This document shows, in pieces, positions 12,585 through 26,979 of a stretch of DNA of 64,000 nt. This DNA comes from Octopus sinensis (lineage: Eukaryota). Numbering within the stretch: position 1 is the first letter of the stretch; every line of letters starts with the position of its first letter. The DNA is taken from the NCBI RefSeq assembly GCF_006345805.1, contig NC_042997.1, positions 84,320,001 to 84,384,000 of the forward strand, read 5' to 3'. A model generated the notes under the pieces. The model worked only from the letters and a program-made list of their open reading frames with translations, was not told where the DNA came from and did not search any database. The position numbers and the translations under genes are program-made.

Positions 12585-13060
12585 ATGGTTTTTGATAAGC
12601 AGAGTCGATTTTTACAAATTTGTAAATAGTATTTTACAAGCTCAAAGCTTATAAGCGTCGCACGCGCCCGGGAAAACCTACTTTTTTTCCATCGAGGGCT
12701 TATATGCCCCATTATTAGACTGTTTTCTTTAGACATTGCACGGTGATCACTTACAACTTTTAAGCTTATAAAATAATCTATCTATCTATCTATCTATCTA
12801 TCTATAAATGCGTGTGTGTATTTATACAGACAAACACATATACTCACACACACACAAACACACAAATAGTTAGATTGATTGATTCATTCATTGATAAATA
12901 GATGCCGTGGTCATTCGATTTGCTAGAAATGGCAACCAATTTCCCTTGAATTCACACTGTGCACTGTCATAAGAAAAAAAGCACATCATATATAGTCTCC
13001 TCTAACCGATTTTGCTACCTGTCACTCGCAGAAAAGACGGGATGATCAATAAAAACCTCC

Positions 13061-13087
13061 TCCTCCTCCCCCTCCTCCTTCTCATCG

Positions 13088-13120
<33 letters not shown>

Positions 13121-13190
13121 ACAACAAAAACAACAATATCAAGAACAACAACAGCAGCAGCAGCAGCAGCAACAACAACAACAATAATAG
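13061..13190. repeat. Compound trinucleotide repeat (CCT)/(CAT)/(CAA)/(CAG)
   Basis: Directly visible; it is the source of the low-complexity ORFs at 13002-13245. Confidence 0.9.
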
Positions 13191-13559
13191 AAACAGTGGC
13201 AACCATCCGTTTTGTATTGGTAGAGATGAACCAACGTTACAATGAAATAATGTTTTATTGCCTGATAGTTCTCTAACTGTAATTAATTGTAAAATGGTCA
13301 GTAATTCAACTGAACTATATCAATCCCTTAGTAATTTCTCTTCTAGCAAATGTCCTCGTCAACACATATTCCTGATCGCTCCACTGATTTCCAACTCGTA
13401 ATCTTTTAATATAGCTTTAGATATTTGTTTTCTTTTGCCACAGATTCCTGACATTTTGTGACATTTCCCTTGTGATACACCGCCATACATATATCGTTTA
13501 CATGTTTCAGTCTGTAACTGCGACCACGCACGGGCACTGTCTTGAGGTAGTAACTGTTT

Positions 13560-14225
13560 CAAATTTCGACACGAGGCCAGTAATTTTAAAGGAGTGGGTA
13601 AGTCGGTTACATCGATCCTGCTGTTCAGCCGGTATTTGCTTTATCGAACTTGAAAAGAAGAGCAAAGTCGACCTCAGTGGAATTTGGACCTAGAAAGTAA
13701 AGAGCCGAAAGAAATACTGAGAAAAATTTTATCCGGCAGTCTTTACGATTCTCTCAGCTCACCGCCTTAACAAAAACAATAATAATTCTTTCTACTATAG
13801 GCACATGGCTTGAAATTTTTGGAGACGAGGTTAGTCGATTGTATCGACCCCAGCGCTCAATTGGTACTTAATTTGTCAATCACAAAATGATAAAAGGCAA
13901 AGTTGACCTCGGCAGCATTTGAACTCGGAACATCAAGTCGGAAGAAATGCCGCCGAGGTATTTTGTCCGACGTGCTAAACATTCTTTCAACTCACTGCCT
14001 AAAAACGTTTTCTGATATTTGCATAAAGACATCAATATTTTTTAGCAAGTAAGGAAAGTCATTTACATCGACCTCAGTGTTCAACTGGTACTTATTTTGT
14101 CGACTGCATAAGGAGGAAGAACTAAGTTGATCTCTGCGAAATATAAATCCAGATTGTAAAGAGCCTGAAGAAATACCACTAAGCATTTTATCTGACTCAC
14201 TCACGACTCTACAGCACGCCGCATA
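13560..14225 (-). mobile_element. Three tandem copies of SINE family B
   Basis: The core atcgacccc..ctggtactta..aaaggcaaagtcgacctcggc..atttgaactc recurs at ~13610-13768, ~13840-14000 and ~14065-14225. Confidence 0.8.
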
Positions 14226-14938
14226 TTTGTATCCCTCCACACTCGATCTCACAAAGTAATCCTTGGTTTTCAGAAATTTTTCCTCAAAAGTCAAATTGTT
14301 AGTCATGATATTATCAAGGTGTTCAAACGAGTTGCTATAAGAATTTCAAATTATCTTTCTCCATCTTATTGCCATTATTTAAACTGAATCTTAATGGCTG
14401 CAGTATCTTTGTGTATTCTGCTCACACATAACTCTCACTCTCTGTCCCCCAACCCTCTCTCCGTTTTTCTTCTCCTTTCCCTCTCTCTCGTTCACCCATA
14501 CAGAAATAGACTGACATTCACAATCAGTAAAATTGATCACCAGATTGATGACGTGGGAAGGTTATTGACTCTTGATATTTGATTTATTTATGTGCACAAG
14601 TCCGCATAATTATGTAGGAATGCATGCAATACACACACACATATACATACACACACACACACACACACATACATACATACATATATATATATATATATTA
14701 TATATATATATATATGCGTATGCATATATACATATGTATTTATATATATATATGTGTATATATATATATATATAGATAAATAGATAGATAGGTACATATA
14801 TATATGCATATATGTAAGGTACACACAAACACATACACATCTACATATATATACATATGTAATTAAGTGTATGTGTGTGCCCGCATACATATGTATACAT
14901 ATGCGAACATAAATAAAAGTATTTAACACATTTAGTAA

Positions 14939-15007
<69 letters not shown>

Positions 15008-15365
15008 TGACGACGACGACGATGATGATGATGATGATGATGATTTAATGAAATTTTTCAACGTCGTATCTGATTCTCACGTGACCGTTTTACGAACGAT
15101 TCGTTCGTGATGAATAGCGCTACAGCAAAACTCGGAGTAACAAAGGCAAAAACTTTAGTATTAAGAAATGCTCATATGCACACACACACTCATATATACA
15201 TATCTATATCTATCTATGCATATATATTTGTATGTATGTAGATATATATATCTATCTATATATATATATATATATACATACATACCTGCATACATATATA
15301 AATATACATGTATGTGTGTTCATGCATGTGCAAATATTTGTAAATGCATATAGATACATGTATAT

Positions 15366-15435
<70 letters not shown>

Positions 15436-16359
15436 GAATAATGTTGTACATCTAATGGCGCAAATAGCTATACGTAAAAACAGAATACACAGTGATATAT
15501 TATATACTCGCTCTCAAATACGCCTGCCAGTAAATCAAACAGTGTATTTAGATATATATGCAATCAAATATCCACATGTAATAGTTATTTACACATGGAT
15601 ACAGATACAGACGTACCTCCACACACACGCACACATATACACACACACATACTCATGCTGGCGTTGATGTCATACTTTATAAATACATGTGTAGAACTCA
15701 CAACACATATACTCATACACATGCATTCTTGCACATACATTCATACATGCAAATACATGTATAAACACGCACAGCTAGAATTGTTTGCGTTTGCAAGATT
15801 AGTATATGTTTCACGTTGAATCGTATTTCAGACATAATTAACCGTGAATTATTTGTTGAATTTTTTTTTCTACTCAGCTACAATAAATTATCATAGTCTA
15901 CGAGAATAAATCATGAAGCACAACTAATTTTGGGGACTGCTGTTAGTTACATTTACATAAATTCTAATAATAATTTTCTTTTTTTGTCGTTTCAAGCGCT
16001 CTAGCATAATGGTAATTACATGGAATACAATAAATCTCTCTATGTTAAGGCCACCTAACCAATGTCTCATTCTATTTCGTTAGAATAGTAGAATAATGTA
16101 TATGCAGTAATCAGTATTTCAATTGATTCATTAACTGGACACAAGGCTCCTATTCTGCCAAGTGGTGGTGGAGGTGGGGAGGCGATCGATTATATCAACT
16201 CCAATATTTGAGTAGTGTAGGTTGGACCTCTTAAATCAAACAACATTGGGACCTGGTCGTTGTCGGATAACGGGAAAATAGAAATTGACTCGACTCCTAA
16301 GGGTGTCGCTATGTTAGCATAGTCTTGCCATTTCATAGCCTTTATACATACACACATAT

Positions 16360-16470
16360 ACATGTATGTCATTATTCAGTTTTATTTCAAGATTTCTTGC
16401 CAGCAGAGAAAGAGCTGGTTTCTTAGCTAGATCTAATCTAAAGCTGCTTCACTGGAATTTCAACATCATC
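16360..16470 (-). mobile_element. 3' UTR fragment of the (CATA)n-associated REL-LINE family
   Basis: Reverse complement of 54255-54355 (gcaagaaatcttgaaataaactgaataatgacatac). Confidence 0.8.
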
Positions 16471-16482
16471 ATGGAATATTTG

Positions 16483-16516
<34 letters not shown>

Positions 16517-17389
16517 TGTATGTATGTATGCAATCCAAATAAGAAGGAGTAGAATAAATTTAGTAAAGTTTTAGTATTTGTTACAATCATTTCGGTGCCA
16601 TTCTTCTAAAACCATTACTCGAAATTTGAAATACACAGAATTTCACGACCTACACGCGCGCGCGCGCACTCACACACAGACACACACATTCTTTTATCGA
16701 CACCGGCAATGACTAAAATGAGTTTAATAACAGCATCGTGATAAGTTGTGGTTCATGTTTAGCCTCAGGTAAATGATACACAATCAAAGGCATTTCAACA
16801 GCAATTATCCTTTTTTATTTCCAGGAAGAAGACATCTACGACTGCAGAGTGCAATTTGGAGTTGTGACTGTTATTCCTAGTAAGCGAACTCTGAGCTTCT
16901 CCTGTTGGCTCGGTGTGGAAATGAATCTAGCGGCGTTGGGAAGATGTAAACCTAGCTAAACTTATACTGTACAAACAAATATTAATTTCTAATTTGTAGC
17001 CGCTGTCTCTTTAGATGTGCCACCATCATTGTCACAAGCTCTTATTTCTCTTTACTTAAACTATAATGTCTTTGTAGATAATAATCCATCCCCCAGCGTG
17101 TTGCAGCTATGAAGGGCTGTTGTCATATTGCATATGCAAGAAGTTAGACTAATATTCTGTGTAGCACCATTCTGCAACAGATGCATCTCGATCTCAACTG
17201 AGTAAAAAACAGCAACATTAAATGAAGGGCCTTGTTAAAGTACATGGTGTGACGTCCAGTCTGGGAATCCACGATCTTACGATCGTGAGCCACAGATCCC
17301 AATCACTCGACCATGCGCCTTTACTCATTGTAATACAATTACACAACACTTCTAGGATTCTGAGTGTTGTAGTTCTTTAGTTCTACGTC

Positions 17390-17740
17390 AGCGCTAGATG
17401 AACAGGCGGGAAGACCTCCTTCGGTCATGAATGACCATGGAATTGCAGCTAGAAAGTTTTCCTCCAAAGCACAAGTCTGGGTAAGGTTGTTTATGGAAGA
17501 GCAGTAGTCTCCCATGCATATCGGTCTCCCCTATCCACGCCAGCGATGTAATCCAAAGGAAAACCAAAGGCCGATATAGCTTGGCACCAGTAACGTCATA
17601 ACTCATTTCTACAGCTGGAGCAACGCAAAATAAAGTGCCTTGCTCAAGAACACAACACATAGCTCGATCCGGGAATTGAATTCAAAACTTGACGATTGTA
17701 AGTCCTACACCCTAATTACTGAACCGGGAAGTGCGCCATC
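17390..17740 (-). mobile_element. SINE family C (tRNA-like head, LINE-like tail)
   Basis: Minus-strand B-box-like gaattcaattcccgga near 17680; the block aaataaagtgccttgctcaagaacac resembles related heads at ~17230-17320 and ~42700-42800. Confidence 0.6.
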
Positions 17741-18150
17741 AATGACTATTCCGCATTTTCCAGGTTCAAAACGTTATTTTGAACGAAAAAAAACAAAGTT
17801 ATTTGAAAGAAATATAAGTGTTATTTCTAGCAGATCGAGTGATCACACAGAGGCTTTTTGTCGGTATAATCGTATGAGATGGATGTAATTATTTAATATA
17901 TTGAACGCTGAGCCGAAATGGCAGAATGGATAAACTATTGGTTTATCAGTTCATAGATCATTGATTCTAAATCGATGTTGTTTAGTGTTCCTGAATAGAA
18001 CAATCGCTTTAGATCACATAAACAACTATCGGAATACGAAGCAGACCATCTGGTAATGTTTCTGTGCGCTAGACTGGCATCTCGCCTAGCCGATGTCTAC
18101 ATGCTCTAACTGACACAGCATGAAACAGGATCTGAACATTGGCTTTTTAT

Positions 18151-18215
<65 letters not shown>

Positions 18216-18294
18216 TATCATCATCATCATCATCATCATCGTTGTCGTCGTCATCGCCATCATTATAATCATTATTGTTGTTGTTATTATTATT
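18151..18294. repeat. (CAT)n/(TAT)n microsatellite
   Basis: Directly visible; it supplies the poly-His of ORF 18120..18677. Confidence 0.95.
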
Positions 18295-19272
18295 GGCACC
18301 TAGAATGTCGTCAGGCGCTCACAGCCCTCTACCAGTCGGGCAATGGGATCAGTGGATGTTCCATTTTAGAAGTTTATAGAGGATTAGTGGCGGGGAAGTG
18401 CGACGACGTTCTCGGCGAGACTCTGGGCGCCGACGAGAACGAATTGGCTAGTCTGTTCCGGAGAACTTTCCGGTCGGGAACTATCATGGATAATTTCCAG
18501 ATGTCCTTGGCCTGGCAGTGCTACTGGGGGCCGGTACCTGTCCGACATAAACTCTACAGGCACGGGTGTGCTGTCCGAGGTGCACGCAGAGTGACGAAAC
18601 AGTTCTGCACGCCCTCGTTCAGTGTCCAGGCATTGCTGACTTGTGGGGTTATGTCGAACAGCTGCTATCACGTGTAGGAAAGATCCGTCTGTCAGCCGAT
18701 TCTGCAGTGATGATCGCACCGCCACCCTCCTTCAATCGGACAGGTAAGGCAGATTTTCTTTGCCCGGTGGCTGTGGCGAAAGAAGTTGTTTGGTGGACAA
18801 AGCTGAAAGGCACAATGACAGATATATTCCTCTTTGGTAGAGCTCTCATTGACTTCTTCATGTTTTACTTGAAAGAAAATTGAGAGTGGAGAGGGAAGTG
18901 CTGTCTTCGAGTGAGTTCATTGAAAGGTGGGTGAAAGTTGCGAAAATGGCAAGAGTGGATAATACTTCTCTAAGTGTAGACCTGCGAGTCGGAGAGAAGG
19001 AATTGGAAAGAGCCCTTGATCCTGGGGTTTCAGGGAAATCTCGGACAGTGGTCTTCCCCGATTATCCCTAAAAGCCTTCCTTATCAGGAGGGTTACGTCT
19101 CTATCATCCTCCTCGCCACTTTTTGCTATGCATATGTCTATTCTTTTTCAGTATATACAGTCTTTACTTTCTTTAAATTTTTTTTTATCATTTCATTATA
19201 TGTAAACCCTCTCACATTATATCTGTTTTTGTATTGTCCCCCCATCCTTCGCCCTTGCGGCAAATAAATGAA
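18295..19272 (+). mobile_element. 5'-truncated L1/Tx1-like LINE, ORF2 C-terminus plus 3' UTR (copy 1)
   Basis: MDNFQMSLAWQCYWGPVPVRHKLYRHG, then CPRCTQSDETVLHALVQC (L1-clade C-terminal CCHC region). AATAAA at 19263. Clearly homologous to 26980-28250. Confidence 0.85.
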
Positions 19273-19324
19273 ATTATTATTATTATTATCATTATTATTA
19301 TTATCATTATTATTATTATTATTA

Positions 19325-19394
<70 letters not shown>

Positions 19395-19417
19395 CATCAT
19401 TATTATTATTATTATTA

Positions 19418-19494
<77 letters not shown>

Positions 19495-19497
19495 TTC
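19273..19497. repeat. (ATT)n tract with periodic ATC variants
   Basis: Directly visible. Confidence 0.95.
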
Positions 19498-19499
19498 CG

Positions 19500-20350
19500 A
19501 TTGAATAGCATTTTATTTTATCTTCTGACCGGGTCTCAACCAGAAACCTAAGGCAACTACATATTTGATGGAAAGAAACTTCCTGAGAATATGGGTGGTT
19601 GATGTCAACACAATTATTTGAGTCTCACAGATTGTTGGTTTCTCAGGGATCTGGTAAAAATATTCGTCAGTACCTTTCTTGATCATTCCCAGAGCACCTA
19701 CAGCAACAGGGATGGTTTTGGATTTTAATTGCTCCGTCCTACATATCTCAATCTCAAGGTCCTTATACTTCGATATTTTTCAAATTCCTTTGCTGAGATT
19801 TTTCATTCAGTAAGCACTCATATTTATTAACATGCATGTTTTTTGCTTATATCTTTGATGACGATGTCTGGTCTGTTAGTATTTATTTGCCTGTCTGTAT
19901 GTTTCTATAATCCCGTAGATTGGTAACATTCTCTCCTTCAGTGACTGGCTCTTCATATCAGTTCTTAGAGTGCGGGATACCATAGTGACAGTATATTTTC
20001 CTGTGCATATATTGGCTAACTCGATAATATAAAACCAATTGGTTTTATATTATGTAGGGACAAGGACTGAGCAACCGGCAAGAATGTGGTCAATACTCTT
20101 AAGTTTGTTCTATTGTATTAAATATATTCTGCTTTTCAAATTTGACACGTTGAAATCTGTAGTGTTATTTTAGTATGTTACAAATACGTATATCCTGTGT
20201 ATTTTGTGATATACCTTTTTTTAATCATTCCCAAAGCTAAAAAAGAAATCCTAGGTTAACTCGAATTTAGCTTTCAACATTATCAGACATACTTTCTCTT
20301 CTGTTAGTCTGCTATTCCTTTGCCTGCCCTGTGTATCGCACGATACACAG
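19500..20350 (-). mobile_element. R4/Dong-like REL-LINE 3' region, decayed
   Basis: Minus strand gives SQYMHRKIYCHYGIPH, INTNRPDIVIKD, KISKYKDLEIE and IPVAVGALGMIKKG (RLE-type endonuclease, PD-D/ExK). The tail runs into (TAA)n. Confidence 0.8.
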
Positions 20351-21528
20351 GACATATTGCCCTAGCGTCCATGTATTATATTTGTTGTACATTCCTTATT
20401 TGTTTCAACCTGCAGAGTAATTTGGGACTTATGAAAGGTAAGCCTTATATTACTCAGAACGTATGAATCAAGTGCTAACTGAAAGTCTGAAAACAAGCAT
20501 GGATATTCAGAATAAACTTATGAAAATGCTTCGAATAGGCAAAGGATTACATCATGGGTTCACTTTTGTACGTTCTCTTTGTGTTTCTTTCTCTTGGTTT
20601 AGCTGAGATGAATGTTACTCTTTAATGATGAAGCTCATTTTTGATATCATGGTTCCTCTGATTGGAGCAGTTCATTTTCTTGGAGGTCCTTGTTATATTT
20701 AAATGTTCTTTCATTGAAATGTCTGTAACTTCGACAAGGTTTTCAGTAGATGCTTTTAACTTTGTTTTGATCGCTTCGGTTTTCTCTAGTAGAGTTAGGT
20801 AGAAGATTCCATTCGCCAATGGAAACACTCATAATAGTGGGACCAATCATTTGTAGCAATCTTATGGATTCTAGTTGCTGGATGCTAATTATGTTTTTGT
20901 GAATGGTGAGCTCAGATATGATTATCGATATATGCATTTATTGGACTTTTGTGCGGTTGAAAGAAACAAGATTGGTATGAGTGTATTGTAGGATGTTCTC
21001 CAACGATTTGAGTACCAGATATGATCAAATGTAATACAAATACTGAGGGGTAACAACACAGTTTTCATGAAATTTCTCGAGGGCGATGTAAGATGGTAGG
21101 GTCCCAGTACATCTGGTTTTATGAATGTTAATTTTGTAGTCATTAAGGAGGGAGACAGTTTCAATGTAATGCTGAAGGTTTTGTTACTGGCTGTGCTCAA
21201 CATATTTGTGATGTATGTTGGAAGTGAGGGCAATAAGATAATTGGTAGCATCGGAGGAATTGACCCTCTTAGGAACAGAACACATTGTAGTGTGCTCCCG
21301 AGGATCAGAATTATATTGTAGAGAGTGAGATATTGAAATACTTGAGAATAGGGGTTAACTCTGGAGCGTATTGTTTGAATGTTGTAGAAAGAAGATTGTC
21401 AGGACTGATGGTTTGTTGGTTTGAAGTGACCGGAAGTTCTTACACACTCGACGTGATGATTTTTTGGTGGTAAGTCTAGTCGGTAGCAAACTTATCTTTG
21501 TAAGCGATTTACCTAATATGTACGAAAT

Positions 21529-21992
21529 AGGTGCAAGTATGGCTGTGTTGTCAGAAGCTTGCTTCCCAACCACATGGTTCCAGGTTCAGTCCCACTGCGT
21601 GGCATCTTGGGCAGTTGTCTTCTACTATAACCTCGGGCCGACCAAAGTCTTGGGAGTGGATTGGATTTTGTTGACAGGAACTGAAAGAAGTTCGTCGAAT
21701 ATGTTTATATGTGTGTGTCTGTATATGTGCGTGCGTGTATGTGTGTGTGAGTGCGTGCGTGTATGTGCGTGTGTGTGTGTGTCTATGTTTGTCTCCACGC
21801 TATCGCTAGAAATCGATGCTGACGTGTTTATGTTCCCGTAACTTAGCGATTCACCAAAAGAGACCGATAGAATAAGTACCAGGCTTAAAGAGGATAAATC
21901 CTGGGGTCGATTTGTTCGACTAAACCCCCTTAAGGCGGTACTGCAGCATGGCCGCTCTCAAATGATTGAAACAAGTAAAAGAATAAAAGAAT
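21529..21992 (+). mobile_element. SINE family A, full length
   Basis: A-box-like tggctgtgttgt, B-box-like ggttcagtccc, internal (TG)n, 3' gcatggccg...aaatgattgaaacaagtaaaagaataaaaga. Confidence 0.9.
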
Positions 21993-22639
21993 AGCTGGTG
22001 ATTTCATGTTAACTCGGTCAGCTATCCCACAGAATATACTTAGTGATGATATCAAACTTGAATGAAGCCTGTAGCTGGAATCGAAAGAAAAAAAGTTCAT
22101 CTTTCTACTAACACGAGATTTTCACAAATAGAGATGTCTCAACTACCCAACTGGTAAAAGTTTTACTCCAGGTGGAAACAATAGTCAGCCACCTGTTGAC
22201 ACTGAGAATGTAAAAACAAGAAAACAAAAAAAATGTTCAAGAAGTACTACTGAAATTTCATCATCCAAGCTCTTCACAGAATTATGGAGACTCTGAGCGA
22301 CTACCCGAGCATGCCGAAAGGACATTTGCAAGCTCAAAAATGTGTGTAGGTTATTGGTGCAATCATCATCATTCAACAGATATCAAACTTGTCCATGTGG
22401 TACAAATCAGTTTACCTTGTAGTTGACGTTATCGACGCTGCCAGCTATGTAACTAATTATCTTAACTCTCTTCAGCTATGACTACAGTATCTGAATTTCT
22501 ACTGAATAAGAAACCATTAAGGAGAAATGAAGTGGTCCCACTTAGGTTACAGTGTGTTACAGATTGGACTTTACACAGCGATATTATAAATGAATTTAAA
22601 TAGGAGATATTCTGTTTATTCTGCATAATAAAATGCCAG

Positions 22640-22860
22640 AAAGTATTTCATCCACCCAGCTTCTCCGCCTACTGTTCCTGGGGTTGTGGGTGTAGAGTCC
22701 TTAGGCACCTCTTCCATAGGGTCCTTTCAGAAGTAACCGCCATTACCCTTTCCGGCTGGATTCTCAAGCATGACCAAATAAGACTAAGAATATTATCGAA
22801 CCAGCACGTTTTTGGTTTACCTCTAGGTCTCCTACCGGTTTGCTCGGCTGTCGGCAAGGA
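22640..22860 (-). mobile_element. RTE-clade LINE 3' end
   Basis: GRRPRGKPKTCWFDNILSLIWSCLRIQPE...LHPQP matches the RTE/Rex3-type ORF2 C-terminus (GKRPRGRPRTRW...LGIPPE...LPPRP). Confidence 0.75.
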
Positions 22861-22962
22861 ACGGAATTATGGAATTATGAAAGTATTAGGTATTGTCAAA
22901 CTTGGGGATGGTCATATTTTTTCAATTAAGCACACGCACTATATATTTGGTCTTCACTTCAA

Positions 22963-23037
<75 letters not shown>

Positions 23038-23339
23038 GTTATTATTATTATTATTTTAGTTTCTTTGTCCACGTGTCTACATGTTTTCTCTTTTTAGGAT
23101 TATTTATTTTGAAGCATTTTTGTCAATTTCAAAAATATTTCGTTTCTTAAGGTTCCCCTCATAATTAAATTTAATTATACCATGAGATCATTTATATTTA
23201 AATCAATATAAAGGAAACATTCCTCAATTTATTTCCAACAGCATTCAGTTGAAGCTAGGAGTTTTATTACGCTGGTCCTACATTAAAATAAAAGTAATTC
23301 TTTTTTTTTATGTAAATATTGATATTGTGGTAGCGACTT

Positions 23340-23765
23340 GAAAAGAAGTGAAGAAGAAATGTGTCATTAATACTCATGCAAATATTTGAAATGAAGAGTT
23401 ATTCGATCCATTAACAGTGAGAAATTACCAACGTGTTTATTATATGAAAAGAAAGACTTGCTCAAATAAATGCACGAAACCTTCAAGAATGATTGATCAT
23501 TTAAAAAAACAAAGCATCCAGATAAAGCAAAAAAGAATAATGTCGAATTTCAGGATGTAACAAAAAATCTAAAAATTATTATACAATTAATGAATAGATT
23601 ATAAGAGAAAATTAATTGCCTAATGTAGGAGATTACAAATTTCTCGACTTACCAGCTGTAAATGAATTTATAAATATTGTGACGGTCATTGGTAAAATTA
23701 ATGTAACATCACTAATTCCTTTCAGAGATAGTTCAATATCGACATGAGTTGAAGAAGTGTAAATA
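23340..23765 (+). mobile_element. hAT (Buster/Charlie, ZBED5-like) transposase N-terminal remnant
   Basis: KKKC..., TKPSRMIDHL..KHPDK (BED finger), LPAVNEFINIV and IPFRDSSIST*VEE (cf. IPLSNNTVQRRIDEM). Confidence 0.75.
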
Positions 23766-24105
23766 GCATTAAAAAGAAAATAAAACAAAACAGCTTTATG
23801 ATGATGTAGAAAGCTCAGAATTTTCGTCACATTCCGATAAGATTTTATATGAGGAGGACACTTGGCCTTTGTATATTATTCACTACAAATTGAAGACTTA
23901 TAAAAGGGTTCCTATTTGAGAAATTTTTCTTAATGATAAATATAGTTCTCTTACAAATATTACTGTATGTGTAGGTAATGCAACATTTTCTTTCGCTGAT
24001 CGCTATGTCTAGCATAGCACATTAAAAGAAAAGTCGTTCTAAATATCTTTACATATTTACTGCGTTATTTTTCGATAGGACTTAAACTGCAAAACATCTG
24101 AGCCA

Positions 24106-25357
24106 TACAGGCAAAAATTGCAAAATTGCTGTAACATTTGAAACTCTCTCATTGTACATTAATATGTTTAGTAATTCAAAAATAGATTAATAACATTCAC
24201 ATTTAATTACAAAACGAATAATTTATTCTATGTAGCTTCCATTGTTTGTAATTATGGCCTCCACACGGCCCCGGAACCTCACGCAATTCTTCACCACGAA
24301 GTCACTGGACATCCTGACCCACTCCTCATTGATGGCAGCCTTCAGAGAGTTGATGTCGGAGTGGGAGGTTTTGTTGGTGACATGTTCCAAAATGCCCCAC
24401 ACAGCAGAGTCCAGAGAGTTGAGATCCAGGATGGAAGAGGGCCAGAAGCCTGCACGTCAGAAAGCTGCAAAGTTGGCTTTACAGAAGTTCTGTATCTTCT
24501 TGGCAGTACGACTGGGAGCACCATCGTGGGTCCACACATAGATCCACACATAGATGCCTTGAGCCATGACAAGACATGGTACCTCAGCCACTTGTAGTAG
24601 GCGTCAGTACACCTTTTCTCGGTGTTTGTAGAAGTAGATGGGTATCTTCCTTCCATAGGAGGCCATAATACCGAATGTCATGACCTGGGCTGGATGTTTT
24701 GTTCTGAAGGTGCCCCTGACGTGAGCTGTTGACTCAGCAATGTACCAGTTGTTTCTGCAGTTCACAACGGGATGCACTGTGATCTCGTCAGAGAAATTTT
24801 TCACAGTGGATCCGTTCTTCTTGAAGTATGTGAGAACCGTTTTGCACTTCTCTAGTCTCCTAGTCTTTATAGGTTCTGTCAACAGGCGTCTCGATGTCAA
24901 GTCATTATTCACAGCTGTTTTGATGGTGTGGGGTCAACTTCAGCTTCCTCCTGGATGTGGTTGAGCCCGTTGAAATTTTGGACTTGGGGGAATAGATGAA
25001 ATTTTGATTCCGCTTCTTGTTGGCCAAATCACTGTCAGACTTCCTCTGAATGTCATTGCACATATTCATTCTCTTCTTGACGCTATAAACTGTACGTAAA
25101 GATACATCGACTATGCTTGAGGTTCTCTTTGGATCGACTTGTGCACGGACCGAATCACATACTCTTTGGCGTTTCTTGCGCAGTCATATTCTCCAATATT
25201 TCTGCAAGAAAAAAAAAGATAAAATAAAAAAGAGAGAGATTATTATTAGCTGACAACGTATTAATTGTTCTGCATTAGGTTTCATATCATTTGGTGTTGT
25301 GGTTGCTGTGAAATATTAGTGTAACTTTTAATGCAAGATTTGCTTGCCCACCCTGTA
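24106..25357 (-). mobile_element. Near full-length Tc1/mariner element (maT/DD37D-like) with a disrupted transposase
   Basis: Minus-strand fragments VCDSVRAQVDPKRTSSIVDVSLRTVYSVKKR, FRTKHPAQVMTFG, TQDGAPSHTAKK, PSSILDLNSL-type region and AAINEEW. Ends TACAGG.../...CCTGTA give TA-flanked, partly matching TIRs. Confidence 0.88.
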
Positions 25358-25741
25358 GACTGCATAAAACTTCGCATTACGTGATTTAAACGAGAGAATA
25401 TGATAAATGCGTTTTCCTATGTTTATGACAAAGATTTTATTCCGAGCTGCTTATATGTTCTCTCTGATTCTACTAATGAATTTTTTAAGTCGTGTAATAA
25501 GAAAACTTAAAAATAAAAAACCAAAAACAAAGCAAGAAGAGAAAAAGTTAAAAACAAAACAAAAACAAAGCAAGAAGAGAAAAAAGTTAAAAGAAAACAA
25601 AAACAAAAAACTGAGCATTGTGTGTCTACACCTTTTGTCTGCAGCGAAAATACTTCACTATGACACCATAACAAACTGCAGTGAATAGTCTTCTTACAGT
25701 TCAAATATTTCTCACACATTTCTGAGCTGATGCAAAGGTTG

Positions 25742-25775
<34 letters not shown>

Positions 25776-25873
25776 TACATATAGATAGAAACACATGCAA
25801 TTTTACTTTGGTTTATATATAAATACATACATACATATATTTATATAAATACAAACATACATACATACATACA

Positions 25874-25949
<76 letters not shown>

Positions 25950-25954
<5 letters not shown>

Positions 25955-26062
25955 CTGCTGGCTTAGCCAGCGGGGTTGCATCATTAGAAGGCTAAAACAA
26001 TGCAAAGTGCATTGTGACCAGTGATGTATAACAACATCTGATAGCCTGGTCGGTCACAGTGG
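25950..26062. mobile_element. SINE family F fragment
   Basis: Reverse complement of the blocks at 42555-42660 and 52788-52880 (gatgttgttacacatcgctggtcacaatg..ttgttttagccttc). Confidence 0.75.
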
Positions 26063-26180
26063 ATAAGGTTCGTTATTTCAAGAACCGAAACATGTTAAAT
26101 TGAAATTTATCTAATATAGCGGCATTTTCAAACTTCATTTTAAAAAAATATATACCCACTCGTATACGAGCTAATCTTAT

Positions 26181-26323
<143 letters not shown>

Positions 26324-26415
26324 TATATAATATAATATATAATATAATACATATATATATAATTATATATATATATATTATATATATATACATAATATAC
26401 ATATAACATAGATAT

Positions 26416-26803
26416 TTTTTATTCTTTTACATGTTTCAGTCATTTCACTGCTACCATGCTGGAGCACCTACTTTAGTCAAGCGAATTGACTGCAGGACTT
26501 ATTCTTTGTAAGCCTAGTACTTATTATATCGGACTCTTTTGCCGGATCGCTAAGTTACGGAGACATAAACACAACAACATCGGTTGGCAAGCAGTGGTGG
26601 GGAGACAAGCGCAGAAACACAAACATATACATACATGCATACATACATACATTCAGTTTCTATCTACCAAATCCACTCACAAGACTTTAGTCGGGCCGAG
26701 ACTATAGAAGAAGACACTTGCCCAAGGTGCCACACAGTGGGACTGAACCCGGAAACATGTGGCTGGGAAGCAAGCTTCTTACCACATAGCCACGCCTGCG
26801 CCT
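26416..26803 (-). mobile_element. SINE family A, full length
   Basis: Reverse complement of the 21529 copy; head ...gccacgcctgcgcct ends at 26803. Confidence 0.9.
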
Positions 26804-26837
26804 ATATGTATTTTACTTTGGTATGTGTGTGTCTGTA

Positions 26838-26978
<141 letters not shown>

Positions 26979-26979
26979 A

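Noticed and set aside
16808-16885. Apparent exon tttatttccag|GAAGAAGACATC...|gtaagc
   Set aside because: It lies within a dispersed repeat tail also seen around 12900, 29590, 33420, 38770 and 55020.
20922-21500. Minus-strand 109-aa ORF region, possibly a retroelement remnant
   Set aside because: I could not identify a diagnostic motif by eye; it needs a profile search.
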